Origin: an uncultured Calditrichaceae bacterium
GTDB lineage: Bacteria; Calditrichota; Calditrichia; RBG-13-44-9; J075
Assembly (NCBI GenBank): GCA_964471235.1
Contig: CAYYGL010000001.1
Span: 5,315-69,314 of the forward strand
Direction of reading: 5' to 3'
Length of the DNA: 64,000 nt
Below the pieces are notes generated by a model. The model was not told the DNA's origin, searched no databases, and worked only from the letters and a program-made list of their open reading frames with translations. A program made the translations under genes and the position numbers. Shown here piece after piece: positions 58,843 through 64,000 of the stretch. How positions within the stretch are numbered: the stretch's first letter is position 1; each line of letters starts with the position of its first letter.

Positions 58843-59996
58843 TTATGCCCGGTTTTTCATGGCTTCCATCAAAATTTTGGCTACTTCCGGGCGGGTGAAT
58901 TCTTTCGGAGGCAATTCCCCGCGGCGGAGCATTTCCCGCACCTTGGTGCCGCTCAGAAACACATGGGAGCTGCTGTCATGGGGGCAGGTTTTGGCGCTTG
59001 CCATGTTGCCGCAGGTAGTGCAAAAAAAGGCATGTTCAAAGAAGAGGGGAGTAATATCCAATTCTTCCCGGGTAAACTCTTTGAAAATGTGCTGCGCATC
59101 GTAGGTGCCGTAATAGCTCCCCACACCGGCATGATCCCGTCCGATAATAATATGGGTGCAACCGTAATTTTTACGCACCAGAGCATGGAAAATAGCTTCC
59201 CGGGGACCGGCATAGCGCATGGCAGCCGGAAATACCGATAACATATAACGCCCTTCCGGGTAATAATGCTTGAGCAATTCCAGGTAGCTTTGCATTCGGA
59301 TTTCCGCCGGGATATCATCGGATTTGGTTCTGCCACCAGCGGGTGAATTAATAAACCGTCCACTATCTCCAGGGCGCATTTCTGAAGGTACTCATGGGCA
59401 CGATGAATGGGATTGCGGGTTTGAAAGGCAACGATGGTTTCCCAGCCTTTCTTCTCAAATGCTTTCCGGGTAGCTGCCGGCTCCAATCGATAATCCAAAA
59501 AATCCTCATGTGCCGGACGATTGAGCATGGTGATTTCCCCGCCTACCAGGTGCTCACCTTGCGAATATACATAAGCGACGCCGGGATGATTTTCATCTGT
59601 CGTTCGGTAGACCTTCTCCGCTTCATGTTCTTTGTTGTAAGTGTAGATATCTTCTACCTGCATTGTTGCCAGAATATTCCCCGCCGCATCCTTCAGGGCA
59701 ATTTCTTCCCGGTTTTGGATGGATTCTTTTGCCGCATCATCAATCGCCAGGGTGATAGGAATGCTCCATGCCAGACCGTTTTTCAGGTGCATGGTATCTA
59801 CTACCGATTGATAATCATCCTGCTTCATAAAGCCGGTCAGGGGGCTCATTGCGCCGCTGGCAATCATCTCCAGATCGGAGATGTTTTTGTCATCTAACTG
59901 CAATGCGGGCAATTGGGATGCTTTCTCCAAAAGCGATTGCCGCTCCGATTCCGCAGCATATTGATTAATTAATGTTCCGCCATGTGGTAATATCAC
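58843..59996 (-). pseudogene. sat: Sulfate adenylyltransferase (single-chain ATP sulfurylase) with a -1 frameshift near 59331-59340
   Basis: Frame A gives the N-terminal 225 aa, including [11 protein letters not shown] and …LLIHPLV. Frame B continues with [14 protein letters not shown]…GRDHAGVG… to the stop at 58843. The junction CTGGTGGCAGAACC is consistent with loss of one G from a G-run. Confidence 0.8.
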
Positions 59997-60026
59997 AATA
60001 TTTCTCCTTTCAAATTTAAAGTAACC

Positions 60027-60890
60027 CTATGCTGTTAATGTTTGTTTTCGCTCTAAAAGGTTTCGGTAAATTGTATCGGGTACATTGAACTTCCGGTGCT
60101 TCCCATATCCAAGTTGAATGTCGGGTTTAACCGTCCCGTGGAAATCGGTTCCGCCGGAAATCACCAGGTCCGCTTCATGTGCCAACTCAATCAGTGCGGT
60201 ATGAAACTCAGCAGGCATCTCCGGGTAAAATGCCTCCACCCCATCTAATCCCATCTCTTTTAGTTGCAAAATCTTTTTGCGTGTATCGGCAAAGGTGGCA
60301 AAGTTCATATAATGGGGATGCGCCAGAATTGCCAGTCCTTCCGCAGAATGGATCAATTGAATCGTTTCCGCCTCACTAAGCTTTACCTTCTCTATATACG
60401 CCGGTTTTCCTTTGCTGAGAAACCGATCAAAGGCTTCCTGTACCGAATTGACGACGCGGTGTTTCATTAAGACCCGGGCGACATGAGGTCTTCCAATCGA
60501 TCCTTCCCCGACTTCTGCCATCAATTCTGACAGGGTTACCGGAATTCCCAGCGAATTCAGGGCATCTACCATCTTGCGCGCCCGTTCACTGCGATGTTTC
60601 ACCAGAAATGCCAGCTTCTCATTCAGTTCCCGACTCCGGTGATTGATGAATAAACCCAGGATATGAATATGACCATTCCCGGGGAGTTTGCTATCAACAC
60701 TAATTTCCACTCCGGGAACCGTGGGTACCTGCATCTCCTTTCCGTAACGGATAAACTCATCCAGCCCCCCGGTGGTATCATGGTCAGTAAGGGCGATAGC
60801 GCTTAAACCGATTTGAGCCGCGGCTTGAATCAGTTGTAAGGGGCTAAAGGTACCGTCTGAGTATGAACTATGAGTGTGCAGGTCGACCAT
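60027..60890 (-). CDS. PHP-domain phosphoesterase (putative 3'-phosphoadenosine-5'-phosphate phosphatase)
   Basis: MVDLHTHSSYSDG PHP N-terminal motif, 287 aa. It is positioned between sat and cysC. Confidence 0.7.
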   Translation of the reverse strand: MVDLHTHSSYSDGTFSPLQLIQAAAQIGLSAIALTDHDTTGGLDEFIRYGKEMQVPTVPGVEISVDSKLPGNGHIHILGLFINHRSRELNEKLAFLVKHRSERARKMVDALNSLGIPVTLSELMAEVGEGSIGRPHVARVLMKHRVVNSVQEAFDRFLSKGKPAYIEKVKLSEAETIQLIHSAEGLAILAHPHYMNFATFADTRKKILQLKEMGLDGVEAFYPEMPAEFHTALIELAHEADLVISGGTDFHGTVKPDIQLGYGKHRKFNVPDTIYRNLLERKQTLTA

Positions 60891-60951
60891 TCTTTAATCC
60901 AGGTAGTGATGTCAAGGAACAGAAAAGTGATTTTTTAACGGACCGGAAAGG

Positions 60952-61608
60952 TTATACGTTGACTGTGGTTGGTTCCGATTCGTTCTTGCTAATGTTCAAA
61001 TAACCATGCGATAACAGATAATCCACCACTTTACGAGCATTTTCCCGGGCATCGGTATTCACACCGGTGTTGATTACCAACTCCGGATTGTTCGGGGCTT
61101 CATACGGGGCGGATATGCCGGTAAACTCCGGAATTTCACCGGCACGGGCTTTTTTATACAATCCCTTGGGATCGCGCTGTTCACAAACTTCCAGATCACA
61201 TTCCACATAAACCTCAATAAATTGACCGTCATCCAGCAATTCCCGAACCTTATCCCGGTCTTTCCGGTAGGGAGAAATGAATGCCGTCATTACGATCATT
61301 CCGGCATCTACAAACAGTTTGGCAACTTCCCCAATCCGCCGAATGTTCTCTTCTCGATCTTCCGGGGAAAATCCCAGGTCTTTATTCAATCCATGCCGGA
61401 TATTATCACCATCCAGCACGTAGGTATGTGCGCCCATTTCATAAAGGATATTTTGAGCTTCTACTGCCAGGGTGGATTTGCCGCTGCCGGATAACCCGGT
61501 AAACCAGATGCACACCCCACGGTGCTTGTTGAGACGTTCCCGGTCTTCCCGTTTAATATCGCCTTCGTGCCAGTGAATATTGGTTGCCTTCTGTTTCATC
61601 AGTCTCAT
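60952..61608 (-). CDS. cysC: Adenylyl-sulfate (APS) kinase
   Basis: [17 protein letters not shown]-loop and the APS kinase fold, in 218 aa. Confidence 0.9.
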   Translation of the reverse strand: MRLMKQKATNIHWHEGDIKREDRERLNKHRGVCIWFTGLSGSGKSTLAVEAQNILYEMGAHTYVLDGDNIRHGLNKDLGFSPEDREENIRRIGEVAKLFVDAGMIVMTAFISPYRKDRDKVRELLDDGQFIEVYVECDLEVCEQRDPKGLYKKARAGEIPEFTGISAPYEAPNNPELVINTGVNTDARENARKVVDYLLSHGYLNISKNESEPTTVNV

Positions 61609-61714
61609 TTCCTTTGTTTGATAAGTGTCTGTTGGATTTAATTTCTAAATCATTGTGAGTTAGGGTTATTTTTTCGTGTCAAGCTTGATAGTTAATGAGA
61701 GTCGTGCCCGGGCG

Positions 61715-62659
61715 TTATGGGGTGATTTGATATTTCTGTCGATACCATTCAATGGTTTTCTTCAATCCTTCTTCAAAAAATACTTTCGGTTGATATCCCA
61801 GGGTGGTTTTGAGTCGTTCGATATCGGCAAAAGAATGTTTGATATCGCCCGGGCGCGGATCGGTATAAACCGGTTGAATATTTTTGCCAACAATTTCGTT
61901 AATCAGTTTCACCAATTGATTCAGATTGATGCGTTGGTGCACCGCACAATTCATTACAATGCCCGGGGGGCAATCCACTTCGGTTGCCAGGATGTTCGCT
62001 TCGATGGTGTTGTCCACATACGTAAAATCCCGGCTCTGTTCGCCGTCTCCGTAGATCACCGGTGATTGATCCAGCAAAATGGCTTTGATGAATTTGGGTA
62101 TCACTGCGGAATATTGGGAATTGGGATTCTGGCGAGGACCAAATACATTGAAATAACGCAAAGCGATTGTATGAAGTCCATAGATATTGGCAAAAACCTG
62201 GGCATATTTTTCTCCGGCGAGCTTGGAAACAGCATAAGGGGAGAGAGGATTAACCGGCATATCTTCTTGTTTCGGTAATTTGGGGCTGTCACCGTAAACC
62301 GATGAAGAAGATGCAATGACGACCCGTTTGATACCGGCATCCCTGGCAGCATACAGCACATTCAGGGTACCGGAAACGTTTACTTCATTCGAGGAGATCG
62401 GATCTTGAATAGAGCGGGGCACAGAAGGCAGCGCCGCCTGATGAAGCACAAAATCCATTCCCTCGGATGCTTCCCGCACATTATGGTAATTTCTTAAATC
62501 TCCTTCGATAATTTCAATTCGATCGGCAATTTCTGCCAAATTCTCCCGGCTGCCAGTGGAAAAATTATCCAATACTCGAACCGTATGACCTCGCTTCAAT
62601 AATTCAATACAGATGTTGGATCCAATGAACCCCGCACCTCCCGTTACTAAATATTTCAT
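61715..62659 (-). CDS. NAD-dependent sugar-nucleotide epimerase/dehydratase (UDP-glucuronate/UDP-glucose 4-epimerase-like)
   Basis: VTGGAGFIGSN and the YxxxK catalytic motif (YAVSKLAGE), in 314 aa. Confidence 0.85.
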   Translation of the reverse strand: MKYLVTGGAGFIGSNICIELLKRGHTVRVLDNFSTGSRENLAEIADRIEIIEGDLRNYHNVREASEGMDFVLHQAALPSVPRSIQDPISSNEVNVSGTLNVLYAARDAGIKRVVIASSSSVYGDSPKLPKQEDMPVNPLSPYAVSKLAGEKYAQVFANIYGLHTIALRYFNVFGPRQNPNSQYSAVIPKFIKAILLDQSPVIYGDGEQSRDFTYVDNTIEANILATEVDCPPGIVMNCAVHQRINLNQLVKLINEIVGKNIQPVYTDPRPGDIKHSFADIERLKTTLGYQPKVFFEEGLKKTIEWYRQKYQITP

Positions 62660-62693
62660 GGATTCACTCCGTGCTCAAATTTAACCATTTCAT

Positions 62694-63206
62694 TCACAGT
62701 TCCGCTACGGTTGCTTCGGCTTCAATTTTCTTAACAAAGTATTTATCGACCACAAAGCTGGCAGATTGATAAATTCCATCGATTAAAATAGCTATGCGGG
62801 ATTCTCCCCGTTTCTCTCTCAGGTATCCCCGTACTCCCTTTAATGGTCCTTCCACCACTTCTACATAATCACCAACCTTCAAATACTCTTCCGGTTGTAT
62901 CGACGTGCCTTCCTGCAAAATTTTATTTAGCTGCTCAATTTGCCAGTCCGGAATGACGGCCGGAACGCCCCCAAAACTGACCATTCTCACCACTCCATGG
63001 GTCTGCAATGCCTGCAGGCGATCCTTCAAATCAATATTGACAAATACATAACCGGAAAACAGAGGCATTTCCACCCATTTTTTACGGTCTTTCCATTTCC
63101 GGAGCTGTTTGGTTAATGGCAAAAAGGATTCGACTCGTTTTTCCACTAATTGCTGGTAAACTGTCTTCTCGTGGCGCGGTCGAACATATAAAGCATACCA
63201 TGCCAT
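62694..63206 (-). CDS. NusG-paralogue transcription antiterminator (UpxY/LoaP-like; NGN + KOW)
   Basis: WYALYVRPRHEK NGN start and a KOW-like GDYVEVVEGPLKGVRG, in 170 aa. It is the first gene of the epimerase–cysC–PHP–sat–permease operon, preceded by a ~430-bp leader. Confidence 0.7.
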   Translation of the reverse strand: MAWYALYVRPRHEKTVYQQLVEKRVESFLPLTKQLRKWKDRKKWVEMPLFSGYVFVNIDLKDRLQALQTHGVVRMVSFGGVPAVIPDWQIEQLNKILQEGTSIQPEEYLKVGDYVEVVEGPLKGVRGYLREKRGESRIAILIDGIYQSASFVVDKYFVKKIEAEATVAEL

Positions 63207-63608
63207 ATTGTTCCCCTCATGCTAATTGGTTTAGTACATTTTTCGTTTAACAATATATCGGTCATTTTAACCCGGAATCAACCAAAATGATTGAGTTTGA
63301 GCAGAGTTTGTTCCATCGGGTGAGCGACAGCTCCTTTATCACCGGCTGTTGTTTGGAGAAACATCCGGGTAAAAATCTCTCCCCTGAAATCCCTCATCCT
63401 AAATTAAAAGACCATTCTCACATTAAAGAACACTTAATTTAAGCACAGATTTTCTGAAATCCGTGATAATTAACAAATTTTTGCAAGGAGTAAGTTTTAA
63501 CCGATTGTCGTTCTACATTTTTTTTACCACAAGCTTTACCAGTTTCAGGTTGCCAGGTGAGAAAATGTTGAAAAAATGACTTGCTATGGAAGCCGTTTTT
63601 CTATATAC

Positions 63609-63624
63609 TTGAACAGTTGTTCAA
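63609..63624. promoter_or_regulatory. Perfect 7-2-7 palindrome TTGAACA-GT-TGTTCAA ~20 nt upstream of the ArsR-family gene (candidate autoregulatory operator overlapping a TATATA -10-like element)
   Basis: The sequence was read directly. ArsR/SmtB repressors typically bind inverted repeats overlapping their own promoter. Confidence 0.4.
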
Positions 63625-63642
63625 ATGTTAAAGTGAGAAAAC

Positions 63643-64000
63643 ATGGCAAGTAAAACAAACGACGTCTGTTCGGTAACCGCCGTCAATTACGAAAAAGTGA
63701 ATGCGGTTCGGAAACAACTTCCGCAAAGTAGCGAAATTCAAGCTCTCTCGGACACATTCAAAGTGTTGGGCGATCCCACTCGCCTGAAGATTGTGCTGGC
63801 ACTGGCAAAGGAAGAATTATGCGTGTGTGATCTGGCAACGCTGATTGGTCTTTCCGTTTCGGCCATCTCCCATCAACTGCGGTTGCTGCGCAATATGCGG
63901 CTGGTGAGATTTCGCAAGGAAGGAAAGATGGTTTATTACGCCCTGGATGATCAACATATTGAGACCATCATCGGGGAAGCTCAAACGCACGTGAGAGAGT
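63643..64000 (+). CDS. ArsR/SmtB-family transcriptional regulator (3' end beyond window)
   Basis: FKVLGDPTRLKIVLAL…ELCVCDLATLIGLSVSAISHQLRLLR is a canonical ArsR wHTH with the Cys pair. Confidence 0.8.
   Translation, partial: MASKTNDVCSVTAVNYEKVNAVRKQLPQSSEIQALSDTFKVLGDPTRLKIVLALAKEELCVCDLATLIGLSVSAISHQLRLLRNMRLVRFRKEGKMVYYALDDQHIETIIGEAQTHVRE

Noticed and set aside
58953-59330. Low-complexity tail of the 347-aa ORF (…[20 protein letters not shown]…)
   Set aside because: This is an out-of-frame read-on after the sat frameshift. The true continuation is in the other frame (58843-59379 ORF).

Overview
This is a 64 kb bacterial chromosomal window at roughly 50% GC, gene-dense, with operons on both strands.

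Housekeeping and core content:
- Fe/Mn superoxide dismutase and thiol peroxidase (tpx), divergently transcribed.
- M29 aminopeptidase, an SDR dehydrogenase, and an orphan NuoB-like Fe-S protein.
- A CpsB-type PHP tyrosine phosphatase and a membrane-anchored HdrD/GlpC-like Fe-S oxidoreductase.
- One tRNA, with anticodon read as TCG (Arg), followed by an FKBP lipoprotein.
- An outer-membrane-barrel / LolA-like / RND-exporter trio.
- A voltage-sensor-domain-only membrane protein, an aldehyde dehydrogenase, and a uvrA–DinB-like–HAD operon.
- An hpnC-hpnD-hpnE-like squalene-synthesis cluster in which hpnE carries an in-frame TAG.
- An M20D amidohydrolase, an M48 protease, an MFS transporter and transketolase.
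- A minus-strand locus led by a NusG-like (UpxY-type) gene: sugar epimerase, cysC, PHP phosphatase, sat (frameshifted) and an SLC13 permease. This makes PAPS but has no reductive genes.
- The start of an ArsR regulator with a perfect operator-like palindrome.

Accessory region (about 31.2–47.5 kb, all on the minus strand):
- A VapBC pair, an unknown 266-aa protein, and a 903-aa beta-class DNA methyltransferase with a 440-aa N-terminal extension.
- A roughly 9 kb distinctly AT-rich block downstream of the methyltransferase. It encodes an ECF-like sigma factor with a C-terminal extension and an overlapping partner gene, a 1250-aa multi-GAF histidine kinase with an overlapping stand-alone receiver, two unknown proteins, and a retropepsin-like (DTG) aspartic protease.
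- A ResIII-type SF2 helicase (DEGH/SAT motifs) translationally coupled to a DinB-like protein.
- I could see no integrase or transposase. The composition and architecture suggest a horizontally acquired signalling cassette. It is possibly inserted between the mod-like and res-like halves of an RM-type module, and is a candidate novel signal-coupled defence or stress system.

Other elements:
- A HEPN/MNT pair.
- A roughly 90 bp MITE/REP-like repeat with terminal inverted repeats, in two or three intergenic copies.
- A G-poor 40-bp x3 tandem repeat upstream of hpnC.
- A 13-bp perfect palindrome between convergent genes.

All calls are from reading the sequence and ORF translations; no database searches were possible.
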